64,000 bases of DNA from Candidatus Iainarchaeum sp. (GTDB lineage: Archaea; Iainarchaeota; Iainarchaeia; Iainarchaeales; JAZDFD01): positions 3,265-67,264 of the forward strand of contig JAZDFD010000024.1 of the NCBI GenBank assembly GCA_043808155.1, given 5' to 3'. The number at the start of each line of letters is the position of its first letter. Within the stretch, counting starts at the first letter, position 1. Shown here one piece after another: positions 1 to 8,959 of this stretch. A program made the position numbers and the translations under genes. A model generated the notes under the pieces. It made no database searches and was not told the DNA's origin. It was given only the letters and a program-made list of their open reading frames with translations.

Positions 1-565
1 CATTCCTTTTTTTATCAGGCCATATTGCAGCAGGATTATTTTTAATATAGCTAATAAGTTTCTCTTGATATTTGCTCATTTTAAAAAAATAACTCTTTTC
101 TATTACTTTTTCTGTTTTCTTTTTATGTACTGGACAACAGCCATCAACTAAATCCTTCACAGTATAATAGCTTTCACACTCAACACAATAGTTCCCTTCA
201 TATTGCCCTTCATAAATGTCGCCCTTGTCATAAAGTAATTGTAATATTTCATTAACCACTCTTTTATGCCTTTCTTCGGTTGTCATAATAAAATCAGTGT
301 ATGAAATGTTGAGGACCTCGGACAATTGTTTAAATAAGTCTGACATTTCCTTAACAAATACAATTGGTTTCTTACCTGCCTTTTCTGCAGCTCTCTGGAT
401 TTTCAAACCATGACAATCTGTTCCCGTGCTAAAATATACTTCAAATCCATTAAGTCGCTTCCACCGCGCAATAACATCAGTTGCTATTTTTTCGTAAGCA
501 TGACCCAAATGAAAAAGTCCGCTGGGATAGTCTATAGCCGTACTGATAAAAAATTCTTTACTCAT
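1..565 (-). CDS. metG: Methionyl-tRNA synthetase, N-terminal part (gene continues beyond the window start)
   Basis: Not in the ORF track because it runs off the edge. My translation of the minus strand from ATG at 565-563 gives MSKEFFISTAIDYPSGLFHLGHAYEKIATDVIARWKRLNGFEVYFSTGTDCHGLKIQ...NYCVECESYY...DGCCPVHKK. It shows the class-I HIGH motif (HLGH) and MetRS-type Cys knuckles. Confidence 0.8.
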   Translation of the reverse strand, partial: MSKEFFISTAIDYPSGLFHLGHAYEKIATDVIARWKRLNGFEVYFSTGTDCHGLKIQRAAEKAGKKPIVFVKEMSDLFKQLSEVLNISYTDFIMTTEERHKRVVNEILQLLYDKGDIYEGQYEGNYCVECESYYTVKDLVDGCCPVHKKKTEKVIEKSYFFKMSKYQEKLISYIKNNPAAIWPDKKRN

Positions 566-611
566 TATACCACGATAACTAACTTATAAAGATAATCTAT
601 TTAAAGCTAAT

Positions 612-1955
612 TTAAGTGAGAATATGATGAGGACTAAGACTCATATTAATATTGCCAAATTTCCTGTTCCTCTCAGTTATATTCTCAACTGCCCCATTCA
701 AGGCTTTAATCTTTGCGCTGTGCTTAATGTAAGATTTTAATGATTGGAACAATTTTAATAAGTATAATTTTCTATTTATTTGAAGTACCCAATAATCACC
801 ATTATGGACATATCCTTCGTGAGTTACATAACCTTTTTTTGCTGAAATGAAAAGTTTCCTGCATTCTATCCCATGTTTAAAGAGAGTCTTACGAATCTTT
901 CGCAACAATTCTTCGTCATAATTACCTAAAGAATAGATTGCTTTATCATTGAGAATCCCAATATGACCTTCTGCATCTGTAAAACCTGCTAAAAAAGAAA
1001 AGAAATGTTTCTCATTTTCAAAAACCCAGTCGGCTGCAACTTTGTCTAATAAAAAACTAAAAGTTAAAGGAAGATTAACACCAATATTCCTTGCACCGAT
1101 TTTATTTTCTTTTGTTATCCAAACAGGGGCATACTTTTGAAACAATGCTTTAATTAGTTCTAGCTGTTCCTCTTTAGTACTGCCACATTCAACAGATATT
1201 GTTTCACTATTTTTATACATTTTTCTTACTCTTAAATCACCAACTCTGAAGCCAATTAAGTAAGCTTTTTCTATTAAATCTCCGCTAAAATCTTGTCTAA
1301 GATGAACAATATGAGAAGACGCCATAGTTCTTGGTTCTAACCCATACGCTTTAAGTTTTCTATACACTGTACTTCTTGAAAAACCGAATTGTTTTTCTAT
1401 TGCCCACGTGGAAAGTCCCTTATTAACATAAAGTTTGATTAAATCTTGTTTTTTAGGAACGTTTGAATTTAAGGAATGTGACGTTCTAGTCTTTATACCA
1501 AATTGCTTAAGCCTTTTCCAAATGCTAGCTTGGCAACAATTAAATTTCTCAGCAATTTCATATGTTGTTAATTTTTCCTTTTCGTAAAATAATTTTAATT
1601 GTGATTTTGTTATCTTTACGTTTATTTTGCTTGATGATCTAATTTTAATTTTATATTCTCTAAGACGATTCAGAATTGTGCAGATTTCACAATTGTATTT
1701 TTTTGCGATTTTACTTGGGGATTGTTTTTTCTTCACATATAAGTCAAATAACTCTTTTTTTGGAAGTTTTATTTTCTTATCTTTTACAAATAATTTTACT
1801 GCTTCGGAAGTAGTTCTAGATTTAATCCCATACAAATTCATCCAATAGCTAATGGTGTTAGGAGTACAGCCAAGCTTTTTAGCTAACTTTGACATGGGCA
1901 GTTTCTGCCTAACATAACGATCTTCAAGCTCATCTTTAGATATTTCAACTCTCAA
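612..1955 (-). CDS. Free-standing LAGLIDADG-type homing endonuclease-like protein with four N-terminal tandem HTH repeats
   Basis: 447-aa ORF. Four ~50-aa repeats lie at aa ~7-58, 66-113, 117-166 and 168-212, each with the pattern L..LY....LS...IAKK.gCs..TI...Lk..GIK.R. They are followed by two LAGLIDADG motifs (YLIGFRVGDL and FLAGFTDAEGHI). No Hint/splicing blocks flank it. Confidence 0.6.
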   Translation of the reverse strand: MRVEISKDELEDRYVRQKLPMSKLAKKLGCTPNTISYWMNLYGIKSRTTSEAVKLFVKDKKIKLPKKELFDLYVKKKQSPSKIAKKYNCEICTILNRLREYKIKIRSSSKINVKITKSQLKLFYEKEKLTTYEIAEKFNCCQASIWKRLKQFGIKTRTSHSLNSNVPKKQDLIKLYVNKGLSTWAIEKQFGFSRSTVYRKLKAYGLEPRTMASSHIVHLRQDFSGDLIEKAYLIGFRVGDLRVRKMYKNSETISVECGSTKEEQLELIKALFQKYAPVWITKENKIGARNIGVNLPLTFSFLLDKVAADWVFENEKHFFSFLAGFTDAEGHIGILNDKAIYSLGNYDEELLRKIRKTLFKHGIECRKLFISAKKGYVTHEGYVHNGDYWVLQINRKLYLLKLFQSLKSYIKHSAKIKALNGAVENITERNRKFGNINMSLSPHHILT

Positions 1956-2215
1956 GCAAACACCATAAAAAATTGGTTTTCTGCAGTTAATAAGATTGTG
2001 TAAGTACTTTTCCGGTGAATTTGAAAGACATTGTAAGAATTAAACATAACAGGGTGGTTTGGATTACTAACTCAGAAACCATAAATAAATAACAGACTTA
2101 TATAATTAAGATTTAAATTTTAAGAAAGAAATTACTCCCAACTCATTCTGAATTCAGCACATCAGAGGAAATGTACTTAAGAAGGCATTAAAAAGGCGCA
2201 TTTGGGGATTTTAGT

Positions 2216-5200
2216 ATGGAGACAGTAGAAACACAAAAAGATTTTACATCTACAGACGAGAACCCATATGTGAACATGTTTGAAATGTTCTTTGAAACTG
2301 TTTATAAAAAAGAAATTGAAAGATTAGTTGAGAATTATCCTGATAAGAGAAGTTTAGATATTGATTTTAAAAAATTAGAAAAATTTGATTTTGAATTAGC
2401 AGATGATTTAATTGAAAAACCAGATTATGTAATTGATGCAGCAAATGTTGCAATTAGGAAAATTGATGTTCCTGCAATTGAACTGGAAGACTTTGCACCC
2501 CATCTGCGATTTTGTAATTTACCAAAAGACCGAATTCCGTTAATACGTGAAATTTCTGCAAAACACTTAAACAAAATGATTGCAGTTGAAGGAATTATAA
2601 GAGAAATCACAGATGTGTTCCCGAAATTAAAAGTTGCAACATGGCAGTGCAGAAGATGCGGAAACACTTACAAAATTCAGCAGGAAGGAAATCAGATAAC
2701 ACAGCCAAGTTTTTGTGAATGCAAACATAAAGATTTTACTTTAGTTGCAGAAAAATCTGAGTTTGTTGATTTTCAGAGAATTCAAATCCAAGAACCTTTG
2801 GAACAGATAAAAGGTAATGAACAGCCTTCGCAATTACACATTTATGTTTCAGATGATATTGTAAACAGAGTTTTTGCAGGAAATAAAACAAAATTCTCAG
2901 GAATTTTAAGATTGTCAGAACCAAAGAAAGAAAAAAAAGCAGTTTACGGAAGATATTTGGAAACAATTCATCTGGAAGAAACGCAAAAAGATTTTGCAGA
3001 TGTTGACATTACTCCAGAAGAGGAAGCAGAAATAAAATTACTTGCACAGGACCCCAAAGTTTATGATAAATTAATTGCAAGTTTAGCTCCTTCAATTTAC
3101 GGGCATGAAATTGTTAAGGAAGCAATTATTATGCAGTTATTTGGTGGTGTGAAAAAAAACATGCCGGATAAATCAACAATTAGAGGTAACATTCACATTC
3201 TTTTAATTGGTGACCCTGGTGCTGCAAAATGTGTTAGCGGTGATACAGAAATATATTTTAGTGATGGAACTATACAAAAAATGCAGGACTTTGCAGAAAA
3301 TATTTTTTCTAAAACAGAAGCAGTTCTTCTGGATGATGGCTTTTATGCGGATAAAACATTTGACATTCCCATAATGGATGAAAACTGCAGGCTGATAAAA
3401 GGGCAGGGTGCAAGAATATACAAACGCAAACCCAATGCAATGTATGAGATAAGAACAGCTACTGGGAAAACAATGCGTGTTACTAATACTCACCCCTTGT
3501 TTGTATGCAAAGAGGGTAAAGTTAAGGCAGTAAGAACTGAAAACTTAAAATCCGGGGAGTTTATCGCAACACCAAGAAAAGTTGATGTAACTGGGGAAGA
3601 CGTGAAATTGCAGAAAGGAAAAAAAGGAAAAACCAATGCGCTTCACATAACTGCTCCTGAACTTTTGGATGCGAAAGTTGCAAGGTTTTACGGATATATG
3701 CTTGCAGAAGGATATGCCCTAAAAAGAAAGAAAGCAACAACTCACATCAGATTTACAAATAATGATGATGATATTATTGAGGATTTTATAAAATGTGCAA
3801 ACATATTTTCAATTAAGCCTAAGGAAATAAACAAAGAAGGTGCCAGGGAAATTGCCCATGACAGCAGAGAACTTGGAAATTTCTTTGAGGAAAATTTTCC
3901 GGAATTGATGATGAAATCTTCAAAAAAAATCATTTCACAAAAAATCCTTCGCTCGAAAAAAGAAATTGTGAAAGAATTCCTAAAAGCATTCATTGAGGGT
4001 GAGGGGCACATTAGCAAAAGAGACAGGACTATTGAAATTACATCTGCAAGCGAAAATATTGCAGACAGACTGCAGGCACTACTGCTACGCTTTGGAATTG
4101 TTTCTTCAAAAAAAGAAATAATGTCATGTGCTACAAACAGCAAAATGCCAAAATTAAGAAAATATTTCAAAATAACAATAGATGGTGAATTTACCTGTAA
4201 ATATATTCGTGAAATTGATTTTATTTCTGAAAGAAAACAAAATCTTGCTAAAAAAGTGATGACTTTAGAAAAGACATTCAACACAAACATTGATGTTGTT
4301 CCGAATATGTCTGAAGAACTTAAATTTATTAGAAAAACACTCGGATTAAGACAGAGGGATATAGGATTAATGCGTTCAACATACCAGCATTATGAGAGAG
4401 GCGACAGAAATCCGGGCAGAGACAAACTGCAGGTAATTGCTGTTGAACTTCTGAAACATTATGTGGATTCAACTATTATTGATAACAAAGTTGAAGATAA
4501 AATACTAAACTTAGTTAAATTAGCAAACGCAGATATTTTTTGGGATAAAATAACGGGTATGAAAAAAATTGAAACTGACGAATGGGTGTATGATTTCGAA
4601 GTAATTGGTACGCACAATTTTATTACAAATCTTGTATTTTCACACAACTCAATGATGCTACTCGCAACAAATAAGATTGCACCCAAATCAATTTACGTTG
4701 CAGGTAAAACAACAACTGGTGCAGGAATTGCAGCAAGTGCAGTAAAAGATGAATTTGGTGAAGGCGGATGGACACTCAAAGCAGGTGCATTGGTTTTGGC
4801 CTCAGGAGGCCTGGCTGCAATTGATGAATTTGATAAAATGGATGCTGACGACAGAAGTGCATTGCATGAGGCGCTGGAACAGCAATCATACCATAAAGAT
4901 TTTGAAATAATGCTTGCTAACGGTGAAACAAAAAAAATAGGTAAACTTGTGGATGATTTAATTGAAAATAATCCTGAAAAATTAGTATTTGGTAAAGACT
5001 GCGAAATTCTGCCTGTAGACGATTTGCAGCTAATTACAACAGATTTTGAAAAAGTTTATCATATAAATGCAGACAGAGTCAGCAGACATAAAGCACCATC
5101 TCATTTTATTGAAATTGAATATTCCAATAGTGGAAAAATAAAAGTTACACCAGAGCATCCAATATTTGTTTTTAATAAAGAAAATTGCTTTGAAGAAGTT

Positions 5201-6334
5201 CTTGCAGAAAAAATAAATGAAAGGATGTTTTGCCCAGCTATAAGAAATAATCATGAAGCAGAGGAGAAAATAGAAGTAATAACTGAGATAAAAAATGATA
5301 ATGGTTTAGAAAAAGAACTTGAAAAATTGGAGAGGTTTATTAGTCCAGAACTTAAATTAGTTTGGGTTAAAAAAGTTGAACGCATTCCTAACACAGATTC
5401 AGAATGGGTTTATGATGTTACAGTTGAACCAACTAAAACCTTTATTTCAGGGGGATTAGTACTCCATAACACAGTTAGTGTTGCAAAAGCAGGAATTATT
5501 GCAAGGTTTAAAACTGAAACATCTGTTTTAGCAGCAGCAAATCCTAAATTTTCAAGGTTTGATCCTTACACTCCTTTCATGGAACAGATTAATTTACCTC
5601 CAACATTGGTTTCAAGGTTTGATTTGTTTTTTATGATTAGAGATGTTTTGGATAAAACAAGAGATAAGGAAATTGCAGACCATATTTTAAGATCTCACAG
5701 ATTGGGTGAAATGCTTTACAGAAGTCAGAAAACAGAAACAACCGATCTTCAGGTTTTAAAAGAAATAGAAGACATAGCAACACCACCGATAGACCCTGAA
5801 CTTTTCAGTAAATATATTTCATATGCAAGGCAACATGTGTTTCCTGTTTTGAGTGACGATGCAATAAAAGCAATCACAGAATTTTATGTTAATTTGAGAG
5901 ATATGGGACGAAAAGAAGGGAGCTATTCTGCAACACACAGACAGCTTGAAGGACTTGTAAGAATGGCAGAAGCATCTGCAAGAGTAAGGCTTAGTTATAC
6001 TGTTGATATGGAAGATGCAGAAAGAGCCATAAGATTATTGAGAACTGCATTACAGGAACTTGTTACTGACCCGGAAACAGGAAAGATTGATTTTGATATT
6101 ATTGCAACGGGACAGAGTCATTCAAAAGTTGCAAGTATGAAAAAGATTCTCGGAATTATAAAAGAAAAAGCCATGGAAATGGATATGGTGCCGGTATCAG
6201 ATGTTTTGGAAGAAGCAAAAACTCAGGGAATTGATAAAGATAAAGCCATGGATTTATTGAGTCAGTTGCAGAAAGAAGGGGAAATCTATAGGCCCAGAAA
6301 CAATTTCGTAAGACCTGTGCAGAGAAATAAGTGA
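2216..6334 (+). CDS. mcm: MCM replicative helicase, interrupted by two inteins (about 704 aa after splicing)
   Basis: 1372-aa ORF. Zinc motif CRRCGN..CEC; Walker A GDPGAAK|S split by an insertion; Walker B AAIDEFDKM; HEALEQQ|TVSVAKAGI split by a second insertion; arginine finger SRFDL; C-terminal winged-helix-like tail. Confidence 0.93.
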   Translation: METVETQKDFTSTDENPYVNMFEMFFETVYKKEIERLVENYPDKRSLDIDFKKLEKFDFELADDLIEKPDYVIDAANVAIRKIDVPAIELEDFAPHLRFCNLPKDRIPLIREISAKHLNKMIAVEGIIREITDVFPKLKVATWQCRRCGNTYKIQQEGNQITQPSFCECKHKDFTLVAEKSEFVDFQRIQIQEPLEQIKGNEQPSQLHIYVSDDIVNRVFAGNKTKFSGILRLSEPKKEKKAVYGRYLETIHLEETQKDFADVDITPEEEAEIKLLAQDPKVYDKLIASLAPSIYGHEIVKEAIIMQLFGGVKKNMPDKSTIRGNIHILLIGDPGAAKCVSGDTEIYFSDGTIQKMQDFAENIFSKTEAVLLDDGFYADKTFDIPIMDENCRLIKGQGARIYKRKPNAMYEIRTATGKTMRVTNTHPLFVCKEGKVKAVRTENLKSGEFIATPRKVDVTGEDVKLQKGKKGKTNALHITAPELLDAKVARFYGYMLAEGYALKRKKATTHIRFTNNDDDIIEDFIKCANIFSIKPKEINKEGAREIAHDSRELGNFFEENFPELMMKSSKKIISQKILRSKKEIVKEFLKAFIEGEGHISKRDRTIEITSASENIADRLQALLLRFGIVSSKKEIMSCATNSKMPKLRKYFKITIDGEFTCKYIREIDFISERKQNLAKKVMTLEKTFNTNIDVVPNMSEELKFIRKTLGLRQRDIGLMRSTYQHYERGDRNPGRDKLQVIAVELLKHYVDSTIIDNKVEDKILNLVKLANADIFWDKITGMKKIETDEWVYDFEVIGTHNFITNLVFSHNSMMLLATNKIAPKSIYVAGKTTTGAGIAASAVKDEFGEGGWTLKAGALVLASGGLAAIDEFDKMDADDRSALHEALEQQSYHKDFEIMLANGETKKIGKLVDDLIENNPEKLVFGKDCEILPVDDLQLITTDFEKVYHINADRVSRHKAPSHFIEIEYSNSGKIKVTPEHPIFVFNKENCFEEVLAEKINERMFCPAIRNNHEAEEKIEVITEIKNDNGLEKELEKLERFISPELKLVWVKKVERIPNTDSEWVYDVTVEPTKTFISGGLVLHNTVSVAKAGIIARFKTETSVLAAANPKFSRFDPYTPFMEQINLPPTLVSRFDLFFMIRDVLDKTRDKEIADHILRSHRLGEMLYRSQKTETTDLQVLKEIEDIATPPIDPELFSKYISYARQHVFPVLSDDAIKAITEFYVNLRDMGRKEGSYSATHRQLEGLVRMAEASARVRLSYTVDMEDAERAIRLLRTALQELVTDPETGKIDFDIIATGQSHSKVASMKKILGIIKEKAMEMDMVPVSDVLEEAKTQGIDKDKAMDLLSQLQKEGEIYRPRNNFVRPVQRNK
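3230..4648 (+). mobile_element. MCM intein 1 (473 aa, LAGLIDADG-containing) inserted in the Walker A P-loop
   Basis: Starts CVSGDTEIYF right after GDPGAAK. Block B VTNTHPLFV; LAGLIDADG motifs FYGYMLAEGYA and FLKAFIEGEGHI; ends EWVYDFEVIGTHNFITNLVFSHN followed by +1 Ser, which restores GDPGAAKS. Boundaries were set codon by codon in frame with 2216. Confidence 0.85.
4886..5470 (+). mobile_element. MCM intein 2 (195-aa mini-intein with no endonuclease domain)
   Basis: Inserted between HEALEQQ and TVSVAKAGI. Starts with Ser (SYHKDFEIML); block B VTPEHPIFV; ends EWVYDVTVEPTKTFISGGLVLHN with +1 Thr. Confidence 0.8.
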
Positions 6335-6365
6335 CTTTAAATAACACTTATTCTCAAACTATTAT

Positions 6366-7097
6366 ATGGCAGAAATAATTCTGGTTTGGAATGTTCACAC
6401 AAATGAAAGTCCTGTTACTCGTGAAATGGCTCTTAAGCTTAGGGAAAATTTAACTGAACGCGGTCACGAAGTCAGAATAATAAAATATCCTGATGAGCTT
6501 ACATTTCAGCATTTATTCAAAAATCTAGAACGCCATAAGGATGAACGGGATAGGTTCAACGCTAATTATGATTGTTTAAATAAAGTTCAAGACTCACATA
6601 TGAATTTCTTAAGAAACTTGGAAGAGGATAACCCTAATTCAATGATAATTGATTTGCACACAACTTGGGATAAACATTATGATTCACTCAAAAAAGGAAA
6701 ACTAAAACCGAAAGAGTGGAAAACTAAAATTTATAATGGTGAGGGTCACTATCGGCAATTCGGTGAAGGTGCAGAAATAGAATTTATCTCATCTAAACCC
6801 ATGAATAAAAAATTAAGCAGAGTATACACTTTAGAAATACCTGCAAAATATAGGGAAGAACAAAGAGGACTAAAACAAGTTTATGAAAACAATGAATATT
6901 TAAAATCAAAACGGAAGGATACATATTTTACTCACGAAGCAAATTTAATAGAAACGCGAGCTGCTAATTATTTAACTCCAATTTTTGTGAGAAAATCAGC
7001 ACATTTCATTGACGGTCTTGCAAAAAGAAGTGTTGGGCATCTTAAAAAAAGAGAGAAAAGTAAACCTAAACACATCATTAGACGGAAATTGCTATAA
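6366..7097 (+). CDS. Hypothetical protein with AstE/AspA (M14-like deacylase)-type motifs
   Basis: 243-aa ORF. N-terminal VWNVHTNESP resembles the HxxE zinc motif, and IIDLHTT resembles the DLHNTT motif of the succinylglutamate desuccinylase/aspartoacylase family. It is shorter than typical members and has a basic C-terminal tail. Confidence 0.35.
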   Translation: MAEIILVWNVHTNESPVTREMALKLRENLTERGHEVRIIKYPDELTFQHLFKNLERHKDERDRFNANYDCLNKVQDSHMNFLRNLEEDNPNSMIIDLHTTWDKHYDSLKKGKLKPKEWKTKIYNGEGHYRQFGEGAEIEFISSKPMNKKLSRVYTLEIPAKYREEQRGLKQVYENNEYLKSKRKDTYFTHEANLIETRAANYLTPIFVRKSAHFIDGLAKRSVGHLKKREKSKPKHIIRRKLL

Positions 7098-7128
7098 CTT
7101 TAAATTACATATGCGTCTTCTTTATTGT

Positions 7129-7944
7129 ATGAATAAAAAATTGATTGCGCAGTTAATTCTGATTTTTTTAATAACACAGGCATTTGGTTTGTTTGTTGCA
7201 TCTGAACTTCTTATAAGTAATACAGAGGTTCCGGCATTTGGAGAAAACAAAAACGATGTAATGAGTGCAGTTTTTCTCTTTGTGTATATTCTCGTTTTTA
7301 CTGGCGCTCTTCTTTTGTTTATGAAATTCTTCAAAGGAAAAGGAATGTTCAAATTACTTGAAGCACTGATTATTTTTTCAACAACGTTAATTGTTGTTGA
7401 TGTTTTAGTTCCAGGAGTGGGATTGCTTTTTGCAGTATTAATGGTTGCATTGAGAAATGTTTTGCCTAATCATATTATGCTGAGAAATGTTTCATCAATT
7501 ATTGCAGTTGTTGGTGCAGGTGCATTAATTGGGATTTCATTAGGATGGTTTCCAGTTCTTGTATTCATGGTTTTGCTTTCAACATACGACATTATTGCAG
7601 TATTCGGAACTAAACATATGGTGACGATGGGTAAAGCCATGACAAAAAATAATTTAGCATTTACAGTTGCAATGCCAACTAAAGAACATACTTTTGAAAT
7701 GGGAACAGGGGATCTTGTAATTCCTTTAACTTTTGCAGTTTCACTAATGGGGTTTGGTTTTGACACATCAGGTGTGATTAATTTGATTCCATCAATACTT
7801 GTTTTGTTTGGGTCATTAGTGGGACTTCTCTGGACAATTGATTATAGTTCCAAACATGTGGGAACAGCATTGCCTGCTTTACCACCTCAAACATTATGCA
7901 TGTTAATAATGTTTGGAATTGCAATGTTAACTGGTTTGTTTTAA
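7129..7944 (+). CDS. Presenilin/signal-peptide-peptidase homolog (A22 intramembrane aspartyl protease)
   Basis: Polytopic membrane ORF with the YD motif (LSTYDIIAVF), GxGD motif (MGTGDLVIP) and PAL motif (ALPALPP). The track ORF starts at 7009 and overlaps the upstream gene, so the ATG at 7129 (MNKKLIAQ...) is more plausible. Confidence 0.75.
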   Translation: MNKKLIAQLILIFLITQAFGLFVASELLISNTEVPAFGENKNDVMSAVFLFVYILVFTGALLLFMKFFKGKGMFKLLEALIIFSTTLIVVDVLVPGVGLLFAVLMVALRNVLPNHIMLRNVSSIIAVVGAGALIGISLGWFPVLVFMVLLSTYDIIAVFGTKHMVTMGKAMTKNNLAFTVAMPTKEHTFEMGTGDLVIPLTFAVSLMGFGFDTSGVINLIPSILVLFGSLVGLLWTIDYSSKHVGTALPALPPQTLCMLIMFGIAMLTGLF

Positions 7945-7979
7945 ACAAATTGTTTTGAGCAATTTGTCAGGCACTTATT

Positions 7980-8489
7980 TTAAGCACCGAAAAATGCAAC
8001 TCTTAAACCAGATAATCCATAATATCCTGCTAAACCAAGAAGTATGTAACGCGGGACTTTTCCAATTAAAGCACCCAGAAGAAATTTTTTAGGATCGTAT
8101 TTTATCAGACCTGCAGCAATACCAATTAAATCAAATGGAAAAGGAGTGAAGGCGCCTAATGCAATTATTGCGATTCCTTTATTCTTTATTCTTTTTGTAA
8201 GTCTTTCAATTTTTAACGCATCTTCAGGTTTTACTTTTTCTAGTCCTTTGTGGCCCATTCTTCCAACTAAATAAGATGTCATTTCTCCAAGAGCTGCACC
8301 CAAACCAGCAATAAAACCTGCAATAAGAACAACGAATAAATCATTGGACATCGCACCAATTCCAAAAATCAGAAAATCAATCGGCACTGGGAATATAATC
8401 GTTGCATTTGCAACCAAAGAAGCTATGAAGAGCCCCAAATAACCAAAATTATTAAAAAGCTCAGCAATAAAGACTTGTAATTCTGACAT
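7980..8489 (-). CDS. Small DedA/VTT-domain (YqaA-like) membrane protein
   Basis: 169 aa, 4-5 hydrophobic helices, N-terminal YLGLFIASLVANATIIFPVP and C-terminal PRYILLGLAGYYG typical of the SNARE-associated/VTT family. Confidence 0.5.
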   Translation of the reverse strand: MSELQVFIAELFNNFGYLGLFIASLVANATIIFPVPIDFLIFGIGAMSNDLFVVLIAGFIAGLGAALGEMTSYLVGRMGHKGLEKVKPEDALKIERLTKRIKNKGIAIIALGAFTPFPFDLIGIAAGLIKYDPKKFLLGALIGKVPRYILLGLAGYYGLSGLRVAFFGA

Positions 8490-8554
8490 AAAGTATCACT
8501 TGACAATAAATTAAATGAACTATATTAATAATACTTTGCGAACGTGAGAATATT

Positions 8555-8959
8555 ATGGAATATGAAAAAATGCTTGACCGTTTATACGAGTCTCTGCCAA
8601 AGCACACTCTGAACAGAGAGAGATTTGAAATGCCTGAGGCTGAATCATTCATTCAGGGAAATAAGACTATTTTGAAGAATTTTGGTGCGGTTCTTAAGAA
8701 AATCAGCAGAGATGAGAAGCATATTATAAAGTATTTTGCAAAGGAAACTGCAACTTCCGTGAACCAGGAAGAAGGACGACTAGTTTTGAACAGAAAATTC
8801 CCTTCGGAGCAGGTTAATAAAATACTTAGAAATTACATCACCCAATTCGTGCTTTGTCCTGAATGCAAAAGACCTGACACAGAGATAGTTGATAAGCACG
8901 GTGTAAGGATGTTGCATTGTGAAGCATGCGGAGCTGTTTCCGCAGTTAAGGGGTTGTGA
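8555..8959 (+). CDS. Translation initiation factor aIF2 beta subunit
   Basis: 134 aa. MLDRLYESLP start and C-terminal zinc ribbon CPECKRPDT...CEACGA. Confidence 0.85.
   Translation: MEYEKMLDRLYESLPKHTLNRERFEMPEAESFIQGNKTILKNFGAVLKKISRDEKHIIKYFAKETATSVNQEEGRLVLNRKFPSEQVNKILRNYITQFVLCPECKRPDTEIVDKHGVRMLHCEACGAVSAVKGL

Noticed and set aside
1956-2215. Replication origin in the 260-bp divergent region upstream of mcm
   Set aside because: I found no repeated ORB-like elements, no orc1/cdc6 gene nearby and no obvious duplex-unwinding element beyond the general AT-richness. It looks like an ordinary divergent promoter region.
3742-4290. 182-aa antisense ORF inside MCM intein 1, plus many similar 60-145-aa antisense or alternative-frame ORFs in the track (e.g. 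2425..2667, 11649..12086, 24559..24978, 56825..57226)
   Set aside because: They lie wholly inside strongly supported genes on the opposite strand or in another frame. They are rich in F/L/I/S, as expected from AT-rich antisense sequence, and carry no motifs.
7009-7128. N-terminal 40-aa extension of the presenilin-homolog ORF overlapping the end of ORF 6366..7097
   Set aside because: The extension has no hydrophobic or signal character and overlaps the upstream gene by about 90 nt. The ATG at 7129 directly precedes the first TM helix.
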